DNA of 64,000 nt. Origin: an uncultured delta proteobacterium (lineage in GTDB: Bacteria; Desulfobacterota; Binatia; UBA9968). The stretch lies in the NCBI GenBank assembly GCA_963804165.1, contig CAWDPO010000046.1, positions 256,001-320,000 of the forward strand, read 5' to 3'. Made by a program: the position numbers and the translations under genes. Under the pieces are notes generated by a model. It saw only the letters and a list, made by a program, of their open reading frames with translations. It did not search any database and had not been told where the DNA came from. Shown in pieces: positions 63,926 to 64,000 of this stretch (position 1 is its first letter; each line of letters opens with the position of its first letter).

Positions 63926-64000
63926 TCAGCGGTTGAGGGTGACCACTATGTCGCCTTTTTGGATGACTATTTGACGATATTCTTTACGCTTGCTGAGCGC
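63926..64000 (-). CDS. 3' end of an unidentified CDS entering from beyond the window
   Basis: Open frame ALSKRKEYRQIVIQKGDIVVTLNR*. Confidence 0.4.
   Translation of the reverse strand, partial: ALSKRKEYRQIVIQKGDIVVTLNR

Overview
A GC-rich bacterial chromosomal window. The many NitT/TauT- and TctC-type solute-binding proteins, amidohydrolases, LLM/PPOX and VOC enzymes suggest Candidatus Binatia (Binatota/Desulfobacterota_B); this assignment is inference only. Core genes are gltB/gltD, ald, a PhoD phosphatase, an aldehyde dehydrogenase, an enoyl-CoA hydratase and an M20 peptidase. Many genes are broken by single-base frameshifts, mostly +1 and concentrated at about 28-38 kb, which most likely reflect long-read errors. 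Signals the ORF track does not show: (1) an exported rhodanese whose catalytic position is an in-frame UGA followed by a SECIS-like hairpin, i.e. a probable selenoprotein (26561-26992); (2) a sigma-54 promoter and a c-di-GMP-I (GEMM) riboswitch upstream of an unrecognised two-repeat protein (6514-7197), whose paralog lies directly behind an orphan TadE-TadE-TadG pilin cassette (27530-28036); (3) a methyltransferase/ATP-grasp island flanked by duplicated 3' ends of both neighbouring convergent genes; (4) several dispersed repeat families (GTAG REPs, a MITE-like element, 9-, 8- and 7-bp tandem units, the last inserted in frame into a protein). No CRISPR array, rRNA, complete tRNA, integrase or transposase was seen.
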